This document shows positions 1-10,412 of a DNA stretch of 49,355 bases, in pieces (position 1 is the stretch's first letter; every line of letters starts with the position of its first letter). The DNA is from Fibrobacteria bacterium. GTDB taxonomy: Bacteria; Fibrobacterota; Fibrobacteria; UBA11236. The notes beneath the pieces were generated by a model. It was not told the origin of the DNA. It saw only the letters and a list, made by a program, of their open reading frames with translations, and ran no database searches. The stretch is from positions 1 to 49,355 of the forward strand of contig JBGTHM010000088.1 in assembly GCA_041746255.1 (NCBI GenBank). The letters are read 5' to 3'. Both the position numbers and the translations under genes were made by a program.

Positions 1-1408
1 TGAGCAAATCATCCTCGATGCGGATGCCTATCCATTCCGAATAGAACTTACCGCCGATACGTACGGAAAAATGTCCGTATAAGCCTGGCTCATTGCTCAA
101 TTGCCACCCGGGTTGCAGCGGCTGATCCTGGTAAAGGCGGTGCGGATCGCCATCGTGTTCCTGTTCCCCCATAAGATGCGAAAGTCCGTGCGGCTGTCCG
201 GAATAGGCGCGTTTGGCTTCGCCGCCACGGGAGAAAAACTCCTTTTCCAGCATCTGCTCCATAAACCCCCAAACCTGGGCGTTCAGGTTCCGGATGGTTT
301 CGCCGGGCCGGGCCAGTCTCTGAGTTTCTTTTTGCGCCGCCAGCACGATGCCGTAAAGCAGCTTTTGCAAAGGATTATAGCGTCCCGAAACCGGTACGGT
401 ACGGGTAACGTCGGCGTGCATGGTGCCCCATCGGACTCCGAAATCCATGAGCACCAGATTCTTGCGCGTAAGGGGTTCGTCGTTCTTGAGATAGTGAAGC
501 ACGGTGGCGTTTTTACCGCCCGCTATGATGCTGGGAAAGGAGAGGCCGAAAGGGCTCCGCCGCCGCATGCCGTACTCAAGGTGGGCGGCCAATACATTTT
601 CATTTTTAAAGGCTTTCATGCAGGCCAAGGTGTCCCGAAAAGCCTTTCCGGTAAGCACATTGGCTTTGACGGCATCCTGGACCTGATAGGCATCCAGGGG
701 CAAGCGCAATTGGAAATGCTCTTTCACCCAGGTCCGGATGGAAAAGCCCGCGGGGCGTGATTCCCGCGCCAACTCTTCCAGCTTTTCCTTGAAGGTCCAG
801 TTATAATCGGTACGGGTTTCCAGGATTTTCTTTTCTTCCCCTTTTGCCGACTCATAGGCATGGTAAAAAGTATAGGCGAATCGTTTCGCGCAGCGCTTAA
901 CCTTGGAACGGAAGAAGGCTTCAAATTCGGAAATGGGTCGGATATCGGCAATGCCCGTTAAGGCTTTAACTTCAAGCAGGTCCGCCGACAGCGTCGCTTT
1001 GGACGCCTTACCTTTCGCGGTGGGGGCGTTCTTGCCCTCGGGTGGTTTGGGATAGCCCATGCGAATCCCGTCCCAAAATTCCTTTTGAGGATCTTTTTCG
1101 GCAAGGAAAAGGACCTCGCGTTCATCGCCACCGTCCGGGTCCAGAACGAGAACGACCTGGGTTTGATTGATTCCGGTCAAATGCATGATGGCCGGTTCCT
1201 GGAATATCCGCAACCCATTCATGATCCACAGGTTTTCGCTGCCCGGTTCGCGGGGAACGCCGCTGAATACCGCGAAGCTGTCGAGTTTTTTAAGGTGGGC
1301 CTTCCGTCGCCGCGCCAGAATATCGCGTATGGCGGTGCCGGCCGAACCTACGGGAAAGACTTGGGAATATTTTCGGAGTAATTCCGGAGTGGGGGATGGG
1401 TTCGCCAT
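1..1408 (-). CDS. pepP: Xaa-Pro aminopeptidase (M24B), 3' end runs off the window
   Basis: Not in the ORF track because it has no stop inside the window. Manual translation from ATG 1408 (AAGGA RBS overlapping the leuD stop) is open to position 1. It shows the M24 metal-ligand motifs MDFG..HADVTRT, HGLSHLMG..EHD, NEPGLY and GIRIEDD. Confidence 0.9.
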   Translation of the reverse strand, partial: MANPSPTPELLRKYSQVFPVGSAGTAIRDILARRRKAHLKKLDSFAVFSGVPREPGSENLWIMNGLRIFQEPAIMHLTGINQTQVVLVLDPDGGDEREVLFLAEKDPQKEFWDGIRMGYPKPPEGKNAPTAKGKASKATLSADLLEVKALTGIADIRPISEFEAFFRSKVKRCAKRFAYTFYHAYESAKGEEKKILETRTDYNWTFKEKLEELARESRPAGFSIRTWVKEHFQLRLPLDAYQVQDAVKANVLTGKAFRDTLACMKAFKNENVLAAHLEYGMRRRSPFGLSFPSIIAGGKNATVLHYLKNDEPLTRKNLVLMDFGVRWGTMHADVTRTVPVSGRYNPLQKLLYGIVLAAQKETQRLARPGETIRNLNAQVWGFMEQMLEKEFFSRGGEAKRAYSGQPHGLSHLMGEQEHDGDPHRLYQDQPLQPGWQLSNEPGLYGHFSVRIGGKFYSEWIGIRIEDDLL

Positions 1409-1414
1409 TTTCCT

Positions 1415-2020
1415 TTACCAGCCGGAAACGTAGGGAAGCTTCTGCGCCACTGCTTCGACTTCCGAATAATCCCGCGATAACTCGCTGAGGGCGTTCCAGG
1501 TACCCGATAAAAACTGTGATTTGGGGCCGGGGGGCAAGGATAAATGCATTGTCACCGGCCCTTCGAGGGTTTCGGATTCCAAATCGAGCTTCCAGGCTGC
1601 GGATGGATTCGCTTCCGAGGCGGCCTGGATTTGTTCCATATCTTTTTCCGAAGCGGTAAGGCAGGGGATTCCCAGAGAAACGCAATTGCCGAAGAAGATT
1701 TCCGCGAAGGATTCGCCGACAATGGCTTTGATGCCCCAGCGCATCAGGGCCTGCGGAGCATGCTCGCGCGATGAGCCGCAGCCGAAATTCTTGTTTACGA
1801 AAAGGAGTGACGCCTCGCCGTAGGCGGTATCGTCGAAGGGATGCACTCGCCCGGCCTCCCGTAATCCCTTTCTATCGTCTTCGAAGGCATGTTCTCCCAA
1901 GCCGTCGAAAACCACGCAGCGAAGAAAACGCGCGGGGATGATGCGATCCGTATCGATATCGTTGCCATGCAGCGGGATGGCCCCGCCACTGACCTGCTTG
2001 ATTATCGCCGATTGTTCCAT
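1415..2020 (-). CDS. leuD: 3-isopropylmalate dehydratase small subunit
   Basis: DIDTDRIIPARFL, NFGCGSSREHAP and SFAEIFFGN motifs; directly downstream of leuC. Confidence 0.97.
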   Translation of the reverse strand: MEQSAIIKQVSGGAIPLHGNDIDTDRIIPARFLRCVVFDGLGEHAFEDDRKGLREAGRVHPFDDTAYGEASLLFVNKNFGCGSSREHAPQALMRWGIKAIVGESFAEIFFGNCVSLGIPCLTASEKDMEQIQAASEANPSAAWKLDLESETLEGPVTMHLSLPPGPKSQFLSGTWNALSELSRDYSEVEAVAQKLPYVSGW

Positions 2021-2034
2021 GGTAATTATCCTCT

Positions 2035-3450
2035 CTATCGTATGCCGAAGGTTTCGCGCGCGTCGGCCACATGGCCCTCTATGGCGGCCGCAGCGGCCAT
2101 GGCCGGGCTCATCAGCAGGGTTCGGCCCGTGGCCGACCCCTGTCGTCCCTTGAAGTTACGGTTGGAGGTCGAGGCGCAAATCTCCCTTCCCTTGAGTTTG
2201 TCGGGATTCATGGCCAAGCACATCGAGCATCCGGGCTCCCGCCATTGGAATCCGGCTGCGGTCAGCACTTCTTTCAGTCCCTTGGCTTCGGCCTGCTTTT
2301 GCACTTCTTCGGATCCGGGTACCACCATGGCTTTAACGCGCGGATTCACCGTGCGTCCCTTGACCAGACGGGCTACTTCTTCGATATCCGAAAGGCGGCC
2401 GTTGGTACATGAACCGATGAACACCACGTCCACTTCCAAGCCTTTGATGGATTGGCCCGCAGCCAGCGACATGTATTCCATGGCATCGCCCGCCAAAACC
2501 CTTTCCGCGTCGGGAAAGGATGCCAAATCCGGCACCGGTTGATTGATGGAAACGGATTGGCCAGGAGTGATTCCCCAGGTTACGAAAGGCTCTAAATCCT
2601 CGCCGCGAATTTCCACCACGTCGTCATATTCGGCGTCGGGATCCGATGCGATGCTGCGCCAGTACTCTAGGGCTTTATTCCAATCCCCGGCCTTGGGTGC
2701 ATATTCCCGGCCCTGTAAATAGTCGAAGGTGGTTTGGTCGGGATTGACATATCCGATGCGCGCGCCGCCTTCAATGGACATGTTGCACAGCGTCATGCGC
2801 TCTTCCATGCTGAAATTCTCGATCACTTCGCCGGTATACTCATAGGCATAACCTACGCCGCCATTCACACCCAATTTGTTGATGATGGCGAGAATTACGT
2901 CTTTGGCGTAGATGCCGGGGCCCAGCTTACCCGATACCACGATTTTCCGGACTTTCAATTTGGACATGCTCATGGTTTGCGTAGCCAAGATGTCGGCGAC
3001 TTGGCTGGTACCGATACCGAAAGCCAAAGCGCCGAATGCGCCATGGGTGGAAGTGTGGCTATCGCCGCAGGCGATGGTTTGCCCCGGTTGCGTCAGTCCC
3101 AGTTCGGGCCCGATAACATGAACGACGCCTTGCCTACCGGAATCGGGAGCGAAAAACGGGATTTTGTATTCAGCGGTATTGTTTTCGATGGCCTGGAGCA
3201 TTTCTTCTGCCAGCGAGTCCGTAAGAGGCCGTTGCCTTTCGCGGCCATTGGTGGGGATGATATGGTCGACGGTGGCGAAGGTGCGCTGGGGGTATTTGAC
3301 GGGTAATTCCTGTTGACGCAAAAGCGAAAAGGCCTGGGGAGAGGTCACTTCATGGATGAGGTGCAAACCGATGAAAAGTTGATATTGCCCGGAGGGCAAT
3401 TTTCGCACGGTATGCCTATCAAAAACTTTGTGGTACAGGTTCTGGCCCAT
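2035..3450 (-). CDS. leuC: 3-isopropylmalate dehydratase large subunit
   Basis: [39 protein letters not shown] and [12 protein letters not shown] motifs. Confidence 0.98.
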   Translation of the reverse strand: MGQNLYHKVFDRHTVRKLPSGQYQLFIGLHLIHEVTSPQAFSLLRQQELPVKYPQRTFATVDHIIPTNGRERQRPLTDSLAEEMLQAIENNTAEYKIPFFAPDSGRQGVVHVIGPELGLTQPGQTIACGDSHTSTHGAFGALAFGIGTSQVADILATQTMSMSKLKVRKIVVSGKLGPGIYAKDVILAIINKLGVNGGVGYAYEYTGEVIENFSMEERMTLCNMSIEGGARIGYVNPDQTTFDYLQGREYAPKAGDWNKALEYWRSIASDPDAEYDDVVEIRGEDLEPFVTWGITPGQSVSINQPVPDLASFPDAERVLAGDAMEYMSLAAGQSIKGLEVDVVFIGSCTNGRLSDIEEVARLVKGRTVNPRVKAMVVPGSEEVQKQAEAKGLKEVLTAAGFQWREPGCSMCLAMNPDKLKGREICASTSNRNFKGRQGSATGRTLLMSPAMAAAAAIEGHVADARETFGIR

Positions 3451-3561
3451 AATGGTGATAAATCCTAGGAAGGGGTAAGCCGGGGCATCATTCCGGTGAA
3501 AAAGGGTAAAAATAACAAAGAATCGGGGTGTGGTCAGAGACGGTTGGGGTAGGCAGGCCGC

Positions 3562-4149
3562 TTAAATTTTGGCATTGAGTGCGGCGAGTACCCGGCGCTC
3601 CAGTTCCGCCTCATGGAGCAACCCCTGGATTTTCTCGATGATCCTCCCCTCCCTATCCAGGAGAAAGGAGGTGGGGAGGGCGGTTATGCCTCCAAAACGT
3701 TGCATGGCCTTGTCGTCACCGGAGAGAAGCGGATAATTGATGCCGAATTGATTCGCATAGGCTGCGACCTTTTTGCCTTCCGGGTCGTCGACATTTATGG
3801 AAATCACCTGGAAGTTCCGGTCGCGGTATTTCTCATGCAGCATCATCAACGCGGGAATTTCCATGATACAGGGCTGGCACCAGGTAGCCCAAAATACGAG
3901 TAGGGTGGTCTGGTTGGAAGAGAAGTCCACCTTTACGGGCTGTCCGGAATAGTCCTTCACCGCCAAATCCGGAATTTTTCCGGCGATGGCCTTGTCTTTT
4001 TCACAGGCGGAGAGAAAGAGAAAAAATGCCGCGGTTACGGTAATGGCCAGGGTTGGCGGCGCAGAAAAGGAGAAAAATTTACGCACGGGCAACCTAATGA
4101 TGGAATGAGGCAGTGGATTATATGGACTGATCTGTTCTAGAATATACAA
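3562..4149 (-). CDS. TlpA/ResA-family thiol-disulfide oxidoreductase, probable lipoprotein (true start probably TTG 4092 or GTG 4086)
   Basis: FWATWCQPC thioredoxin motif, ALPTSFLLDREG, and a lipobox-like LFLSAC after a hydrophobic stretch. Confidence 0.88.
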   Translation of the reverse strand: MYILEQISPYNPLPHSIIRLPVRKFFSFSAPPTLAITVTAAFFLFLSACEKDKAIAGKIPDLAVKDYSGQPVKVDFSSNQTTLLVFWATWCQPCIMEIPALMMLHEKYRDRNFQVISINVDDPEGKKVAAYANQFGINYPLLSGDDKAMQRFGGITALPTSFLLDREGRIIEKIQGLLHEAELERRVLAALNAKI

Positions 4150-4201
4150 AACCCCGGATTCTCTCCGGAATTAACCCGCCAAACCAGGGACTGTTTCGAT
4201 T

Positions 4202-5902
4202 TTGGGCGAAAAACTAGGCGAAATTCTTCTTCGTGATGGAATCATAACCACTGAGCAATTACAATCTGCTCTAAAACTGCAATTGGAAAAAGGCGGTAGT
4301 TTAGGCGAAGTTTTAGTGGCCGTAGGCGCCATCGCTTCCGTTGACGACATTGTCTGGCAATTGGCCGAGCAATTGAATACCCAGGTGGTTAATCTTTCCG
4401 AGGTGGAGGTTCCTCAACAAGTCATCAGTTTGTTGCCGGAGGAAACCGCGGTGCGATACGGCGTCATTCCCGTCAAAAAGGAAGACAAGACCATCCATGT
4501 CGTGATTGCCGATCCTAAAAACCTTTTCGTCATGGATGCCATTCGCTTTCTGACCGGATGCGCTGTGAAGGTCTGGGTGGCCCCGGAATCGCAGGTCAAG
4601 CGGGCCATCGAAAAGTATTATGTCTCCAAAGTCGATAATGGCGAGTTCAAGAATATTCTCCAGGATGTGGAGGATAGCAACCTGGAGGTGGTGGCTCAGG
4701 ACGATAATGAGGACGGCCAGGGCGATTATAATGTCATGGAAGCGCCGCTGGTGCGGTTGGTCAATAAATTCCTGACCGATGCCATCAAGCTTAAGGTTTC
4801 CGACATACACGTTGAGATGTACGAAAAGACGGTACGCGTGCGTTACCGGCTGGACGGCACTTTGATTGAGCAGACGACGCTTCCCTACAAACTGAAAAAT
4901 GCCATCGTATCCCGTCTCAAAATCATGTCGAATCTCGACATTGCCGAACGTCGGCTGCCCCAAGACGGGCGCATCAAAATCAATCTGGGAAATAAGAAAA
5001 TCGACGTGCGCGTTTCAACCTTACCCACCATATACGGGGAAAAAGTGGTCATGCGCCTACTGGACCAGGATAATCTGAATCTCGATTTGACCAAAGGCGG
5101 GTTTTCCGATAAGGGGTTACGTGATTTCAAAGACGCCTTGAATTCGCCTTATGGAATGATTCTGGTAACCGGCCCAACCGGTTCGGGAAAATCCACCACG
5201 CTTTATTCGGCCCTGCAAGCGGTGAACACCCCGGACGTGAATATCATGACCGCCGAAGATCCGGTGGAATACAACCTGGAAGGAATCAACCAGGTGGCGG
5301 TTCGCAGCGAGATCGGGCTGACCTTCGCCGCCGCCCTGAAATCCTTTTTACGCCAGGATCCGGATATTATCATGGTCGGTGAGGTTCGGGATTTGGAAAC
5401 GGCGCAAATTGCGGTTAAGGCAGCCTTGACCGGGCATTTGGTGTTGAGCACCTTGCACACCAATGACGCTCCCAGTACCATTTCCCGTCTGGCGGATATG
5501 GGCATCGAGCCCTTCCTCATCGCTTCTTCGGTCCGACTTATCATTGCCCAGCGCCTCTTACGGCGAATTTGCCCCGGCTGTAAAACCTTGGATTCCAAAC
5601 CGGGTACCGAAGTGCTGCGGCTACTCGAATTATCGCAATCTGAGTCCGACAAGATTCAGTTTTATTTTGGAAAAGGCTGCGATGCCTGTGCGAACACGGG
5701 GTATAAAGGCAGGCTTGCGATTCATCAGGTCTTGCCGATTAGCGATACCATCAAGCAGCTCATCGTAGACAGGGCAACCTCCGATGAAATTGAAAAAGTC
5801 TCCATCGCGGAAGGCTCCTTCACATTACGCCTGGACGCCATGGAATTCCTCAAGCAGGGCATAACCTCCGCCGAAGAGGTGATTAAGTGCACCAAAGTGT
5901 AG
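4202..5902 (+). CDS. pilB: Type IV pilus assembly ATPase PilB
   Basis: N-terminal KLGEILL (MshEN-like), Walker A GPTGSGKST, AEDPVEY, LRQDPDIIMVGEVRD, TGHLVLSTLHTN, tetracysteine CPGC..CDAC. Confidence 0.95.
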   Translation: MGEKLGEILLRDGIITTEQLQSALKLQLEKGGSLGEVLVAVGAIASVDDIVWQLAEQLNTQVVNLSEVEVPQQVISLLPEETAVRYGVIPVKKEDKTIHVVIADPKNLFVMDAIRFLTGCAVKVWVAPESQVKRAIEKYYVSKVDNGEFKNILQDVEDSNLEVVAQDDNEDGQGDYNVMEAPLVRLVNKFLTDAIKLKVSDIHVEMYEKTVRVRYRLDGTLIEQTTLPYKLKNAIVSRLKIMSNLDIAERRLPQDGRIKINLGNKKIDVRVSTLPTIYGEKVVMRLLDQDNLNLDLTKGGFSDKGLRDFKDALNSPYGMILVTGPTGSGKSTTLYSALQAVNTPDVNIMTAEDPVEYNLEGINQVAVRSEIGLTFAAALKSFLRQDPDIIMVGEVRDLETAQIAVKAALTGHLVLSTLHTNDAPSTISRLADMGIEPFLIASSVRLIIAQRLLRRICPGCKTLDSKPGTEVLRLLELSQSESDKIQFYFGKGCDACANTGYKGRLAIHQVLPISDTIKQLIVDRATSDEIEKVSIAEGSFTLRLDAMEFLKQGITSAEEVIKCTKV

Positions 5903-5944
5903 TATAATGGACGCTATTCCGTTATCCGGGAAAGGCCCGAAAGC

Positions 5945-7012
5945 ATGCTAGGTATTCAGGAATTACTGAGCAAAATGGTGGAATTGGGTGCCTCCGACCT
6001 GCATATAACCGCCGGCAAACCTCCTCTGTTCCGCGTTCACGGCAGCTTGCGGGGCATGATGCACGACCCGCTCAATCCGGACGAATGCCTGCGCTTGGCC
6101 TACGGCGTGATGAACGAAAACCAACGCAAAGGTTTCGAGCAGAAAAAGGAATTCGACTTCTCTTTTGGTGTAGCCAATATGGCCCGCTTCCGTGCCAACG
6201 TCTTTTTGCAGCGCGGCTGCGTAGCCATGGCCATCCGCCTGATTCCCGCCGAAATACAAACTCTGGAGCAGTTGGGCTTACCCGATATTGTGATGGAATT
6301 ATCCGACCGCCCTTCCGGTCTGGTGTTGGTCACCGGGCCAACAGGATCGGGTAAGTCCACGACTTTGGCCGCCATGGTCGATCGGATCAATTCCAGTATG
6401 GAAGGCCATATCCTCACTGTTGAAGACCCCATCGAATTCGTGCATAAGCATAAAAAATGCGTGGTAAACCAGCGTGAAGTCAAATCCGATACGGATACTT
6501 TCGCATCCGCGCTACGGGTGGCCCTCCGCCAAGACCCCGACGTCGTGCTTATCGGTGAGATGCGCGATACCGAAACCATGGAGGCCGCGTTATCCATTGC
6601 CGAAACGGGCCATCTGACTTTGGCGACCTTGCATACCAATTCGGCGGCGCAAACCATCAACCGTATCGTAGATGCCTTTCCCGCCGGTGAGAAGTCGCAA
6701 ATCCGGACCCAGCTTTCCTTTGTGCTGCAGGGAGTCATCAGTCAAATTCTGGTTCCGCGCATTGGCGGAGGGCGAATCATGGCGCATGAGGTTATGGTTG
6801 TCACTCCCGCTATCCGCTCCATGATTCGGGACGATAAAATCCATCAGATTCAAAGCACAATCGAGGCCGGACAAAAGTTCGGGATGAACACCATGAATGC
6901 TAAATTGGTGGAATTGGTGCAGACCCGCAAGGTGGAAAAGAGCGTGGCCATGTCGCGTTCAGCCGACTTGGAGCACTTTGAAAGATTGCTTTCCGGAAAT
7001 TATCGAGGTTAG
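5945..7012 (+). CDS. pilT: Type IV pilus retraction ATPase PilT
   Basis: GASDLHI, RFRANVF, GPTGSGKSTT, EDPIEF, GEMRD, ETGHL, and an AIRSMIRD variant of the AIRNLIRE motif. Confidence 0.95.
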   Translation: MLGIQELLSKMVELGASDLHITAGKPPLFRVHGSLRGMMHDPLNPDECLRLAYGVMNENQRKGFEQKKEFDFSFGVANMARFRANVFLQRGCVAMAIRLIPAEIQTLEQLGLPDIVMELSDRPSGLVLVTGPTGSGKSTTLAAMVDRINSSMEGHILTVEDPIEFVHKHKKCVVNQREVKSDTDTFASALRVALRQDPDVVLIGEMRDTETMEAALSIAETGHLTLATLHTNSAAQTINRIVDAFPAGEKSQIRTQLSFVLQGVISQILVPRIGGGRIMAHEVMVVTPAIRSMIRDDKIHQIQSTIEAGQKFGMNTMNAKLVELVQTRKVEKSVAMSRSADLEHFERLLSGNYRG

Positions 7013-7076
7013 CGGCGGATTAACGGTTAAAACTAATTTTAGCTTCATAAGCATGCGAGCGGAGATGGGATAGCAG

Positions 7077-8273
7077 ATGGCCAAATGGATATATAAGGGA
7101 CGCTCCAGCGTGGGCAAGGAGATCTCCGGAGAAGTTGAAGCGGCTACGCGCGAGGATGTGGAAATCCTGCTGCGGAAAAAGCGCGTAAGAGCCCAGTCCA
7201 TCAAGCGTAAGCCCGCGAACCTAAACCTAAGCTTCTCCCAGGGAGTACCCCTTAAAACCCTGGCCCGTTTCACGCGGCAATTCTCCGCCATGACCTCGGC
7301 CGGCTTGCCCCTAATCCAATGCCTGGACATTCTGCAAGAGCAATCCGAAAACGACCAGATGCGCACAGCCATCCAGCAGGTGGCCGCGGATATCCAGGGT
7401 GGAAGTACTTTGGCCGAATCGATGGCCAAGCACAAAAAGATTTTTTCCGAGCTTTATGTACACATGATTGCCGCCGGCGAAGCGGGCGGTATTCTCGATT
7501 CCATTTTGTTGCGCCTGGCCGAATATCAGGAAAAGGCGGATGCCTTACGGCGCAAAATCAAAGGAGCGATGACCTATCCGCTTATCGTGGCCATAGTCGC
7601 GATGGCAGCGGTGGTGGTACTCATGGTTTTCGTCGTGCCCATTTTCGCGGGCATGTTTACCGAGTCCGGCAAGGTATTGCCGCTGCCGACACGGGTAGTA
7701 ATGGGTACCAGCGATTTTTTCCGGGATTGGTTCCTGGCTATTTTCGGGGGCATGGGACTCGCGCTATTCGCGCTGTTCCGCTATTACAAAACCGATAAGG
7801 GCCATTTAAAAATCGATCAATTGAAGCTTAAAGCCCCCGTGCTGGGTGATTTGGAACAGAAAAGTTGTATTTCCCGTTTTACGCGAACCTTGGGAACCTT
7901 GCTCAATTCCGGTGTTTCCATCATTGATGCTTTGCAGGTTACCGCCAAGACCTCGGGTAACAAGGTCCTGGAGTTGGGTATTTACCGGACCTTGGAGAGT
8001 ATTTCCGGCGGCCAGACCATTGCCGATCCGTTACGTGCTACCGGAGTGTTCCCACCCATGGTAATTCAAATGATTGCGGTGGGCGAGCGAACCGGTGGCA
8101 TGGCCGACATGCTGGTCAAGATTTCGGATTTTTACGACGACGAAGTCGACGCCGCGGTGGAAACCTTGACGTCCCTCATCGAACCGGCGGTTATCATCGT
8201 TTTGGGCGGCATTATCGGCGCCGTACTCGTGGCCATGTATTTACCCATGTTCGAAATGGCCGGAACAATGTAA
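7077..8273 (+). CDS. pilC: Type IV pilus inner-membrane platform protein PilC (T2SSF family)
   Basis: FTRQFSAM..AGLPL, GEAGGILD, AMTYP, VGERTG, LIEP..AMYLPMF; follows pilBT. Confidence 0.95.
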   Translation: MAKWIYKGRSSVGKEISGEVEAATREDVEILLRKKRVRAQSIKRKPANLNLSFSQGVPLKTLARFTRQFSAMTSAGLPLIQCLDILQEQSENDQMRTAIQQVAADIQGGSTLAESMAKHKKIFSELYVHMIAAGEAGGILDSILLRLAEYQEKADALRRKIKGAMTYPLIVAIVAMAAVVVLMVFVVPIFAGMFTESGKVLPLPTRVVMGTSDFFRDWFLAIFGGMGLALFALFRYYKTDKGHLKIDQLKLKAPVLGDLEQKSCISRFTRTLGTLLNSGVSIIDALQVTAKTSGNKVLELGIYRTLESISGGQTIADPLRATGVFPPMVIQMIAVGERTGGMADMLVKISDFYDDEVDAAVETLTSLIEPAVIIVLGGIIGAVLVAMYLPMFEMAGTM

Positions 8274-8310
8274 CCCGCGGGGAGAAGCCCGAACTTCATT
8301 CGGGCCTTTC

Positions 8311-9975
8311 ATGGCGAAATTACGATTACTTCCTCAGCCCGTTCCGGGTTCCAGCGGCCCGCTTAAGTTGGACATCCTCAGCGTCGTCCTCTCTCGGGGC
8401 GTCATGTTTTCCGTGCTTTTCTGGGTGACCCTGCGTTTCGAAGGGCAATCGCTAATCCGTGGATTAGTCCTAATCTACGCCCTTTCCACCGTGCTTTATC
8501 TCGGTACCTGGCTCGTGCTTTACCGCATGGCCAGAACTTCGCCTATCGGTTTGCTCTTCTATTTCCAATTCCTGATTGAAATTGGGGTAATCGCTTCGAT
8601 ATTGCTCCTGAGCAATGGGTATCATTCCGACTTTTCCCTGCTATTCATCTTGACCATTCTGAGTGCGGGCCTGTTTTTCCAATACGCCGGCGCCCTGGTG
8701 ATGGCATTGTTGGCCAGCTTGATATTCGCTTTTGCCGGTGCGTTACATCTGGGTATTACCCAAATTCCCGATCTAACCTTCGCGCCTCTGACCGTAGAAG
8801 CAGTACAAATTCGTTTTTTTCTGCATGTCACACTGTTCTTCATGGTGGCATTGCTCGCGGCACAGCTTTCCCAGCGGCTCAAGGCGACCGCCCGCGAATT
8901 GGCCGGCACTCACGAAGAACTCGACCTCTTCCGTTTCAGCGCGGGCAGTATGATGAACGCCCTCCCCGTAGGTTTGCTTTACTTCGACGCCCGGGGACGC
9001 ATGCTCTACTTCAATGAGGTTGCTCCGGTTTTGCTTGCCAGAGAGCTTCACTTGGAATCCCCACTCAGCGTGGTATTTGAGGAAAGGCTTCCAACCGCTA
9101 CCGTATCGGATTTGTTAATCCGGACCCAATCCGGGGATGATTCGGAGTCACACCGGACTTCGGTGCTGGAAATGGATGCGGTACCCGGAAAAATTCTTCG
9201 CATGCAAACCCAATGCCTTAACCGGAACGAGGCTCCGCTCGGCTTGATTTGTATTCTCATGGATTTTACCCATGAAAAGCGCATGGAAAAAGCCCTTTTG
9301 CGCTCGGAACGGATGGCCGCCTTGGGGGAGATGTCGGCTCGAATCGCCCATGAAATCCGCAATCCGCTCTCCAGCGTCAGCGGGTCCGCGCAAATGCTGC
9401 TGGAAAGCCCTTCCGTAGCCGAAGAGGACGCCCGCTTATTGCAACTCATCGTAACGGAATCAGGTCGGTTGAACCGTACCCTGACGGGCCTACTGGATTA
9501 CGCCAAGGAGAAGGTACCCTCCTATCGGATGGTCTCATTGGCTGGGTTGTGGAAGAAGGTCTCCATGGTTCTGGAAAAAAATCCTATTTTCAATAAAGAG
9601 CTTGTAACTATCCGCGTTTTGATGGAAAATGACGATATCGGATTCCTCAGCGATCAGGACGTTTTATTCCAGATCTTGCTGAACGTATCCATGAATGGAC
9701 TGCAAGCCTTGAAAAATGGACATGGAGTGCTGGAATTTCGGGCTTCCCGAGGGGATGGCAACATTCTTATGGAAGTCTCGGATGATGGAGTGGGAATGGA
9801 TGAGGAGAGTATGAAACGGGCTTTTGAGCCGTTTTTTACCACGAAACCGGACGGAACCGGTCTTGGATTGGCATCCTGCCTCCACTATGTCCAAAGTTTG
9901 GATGGTGGAATCGAAATCGATTCCACGCCTGGGAAGGGCACTACGGTAAGGATTCACTTGCCCATAAAGACGTAA
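8311..9975 (+). CDS. pilS: PilS-like membrane sensor histidine kinase
   Basis: Multi-TM N-terminus, PAS-like region, H-box IAHEIRNPL, N-box QILLNVSMNG, G-boxes DDGVGM, FEPFFTTK, GTGLGL; position after pilBTC. Confidence 0.8.
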   Translation: MAKLRLLPQPVPGSSGPLKLDILSVVLSRGVMFSVLFWVTLRFEGQSLIRGLVLIYALSTVLYLGTWLVLYRMARTSPIGLLFYFQFLIEIGVIASILLLSNGYHSDFSLLFILTILSAGLFFQYAGALVMALLASLIFAFAGALHLGITQIPDLTFAPLTVEAVQIRFFLHVTLFFMVALLAAQLSQRLKATARELAGTHEELDLFRFSAGSMMNALPVGLLYFDARGRMLYFNEVAPVLLARELHLESPLSVVFEERLPTATVSDLLIRTQSGDDSESHRTSVLEMDAVPGKILRMQTQCLNRNEAPLGLICILMDFTHEKRMEKALLRSERMAALGEMSARIAHEIRNPLSSVSGSAQMLLESPSVAEEDARLLQLIVTESGRLNRTLTGLLDYAKEKVPSYRMVSLAGLWKKVSMVLEKNPIFNKELVTIRVLMENDDIGFLSDQDVLFQILLNVSMNGLQALKNGHGVLEFRASRGDGNILMEVSDDGVGMDEESMKRAFEPFFTTKPDGTGLGLASCLHYVQSLDGGIEIDSTPGKGTTVRIHLPIKT

Positions 9976-9985
9976 ATCGGAAAAT

Positions 9986-10321
9986 GTGATGGAAATAAAA
10001 GTTCGAAAAGCCGGTAAATGGCAGATTCTGGATCTACGTGGCCACATTAAGGGAAATGAAGTTTCCCATTTTCGGGGCGCGGTTCACAAAGCCATTGCGG
10101 ATAACCAGGTTTTCCTGGTCGCCAATATGCAGGATGTCGGGTTTATCGACAGCTCGGGCGTAGGTATGCTCATTACATGCCATCAGGATTTGAAAGCGGT
10201 GGGCGGACAACTGATTTTGATGAAATTAAGCGACGACATCTACGACCTATTCGAGATGACGTCCATCGACCGATTATTTGAGATTATTGATAACGAGGAG
10301 GAGCTTGCCTCAAAAACCTGA
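9986..10321 (+). CDS. STAS-domain anti-sigma-factor antagonist (SpoIIAA/RsbV/HsbA-like)
   Basis: 111 aa with FIDSSGVGML containing the phosphoacceptor Ser, and GGQLILM..IFE-type C-terminus. Confidence 0.9.
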   Translation: MMEIKVRKAGKWQILDLRGHIKGNEVSHFRGAVHKAIADNQVFLVANMQDVGFIDSSGVGMLITCHQDLKAVGGQLILMKLSDDIYDLFEMTSIDRLFEIIDNEEELASKT

Positions 10322-10364
10322 AAACCCGCCGAATGCCGTTTTTTGGGCTTCACCGGCGGAAGAT

Positions 10365-10391
10365 TCAAGTTCGACCTGTTTGTGCCGATAC
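10365..10391 (+). promoter_or_regulatory. sigma28 (FliA)-type promoter of flgM
   Basis: TCAAG-N14-GCCGATAC about 20 nt upstream of the flgM ATG; the same motif precedes the flagellin gene. Confidence 0.75.
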
Positions 10392-10412
10392 TAGCAAGAA
10401 GGACTGCTTGTT

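Noticed and set aside
101..760. 219-aa plus-strand ORF and other long antisense ORFs (e.g. 1889-2542, 34147-34827, 38025-39023)
   Set aside because: Shadow frames opposite well-supported genes (pepP, leuC, lpdA, pdhA) with no recognisable motifs.
3451..3561. Leucine attenuator upstream of leuC
   Set aside because: No Leu-rich leader peptide or terminator/antiterminator pair is visible.
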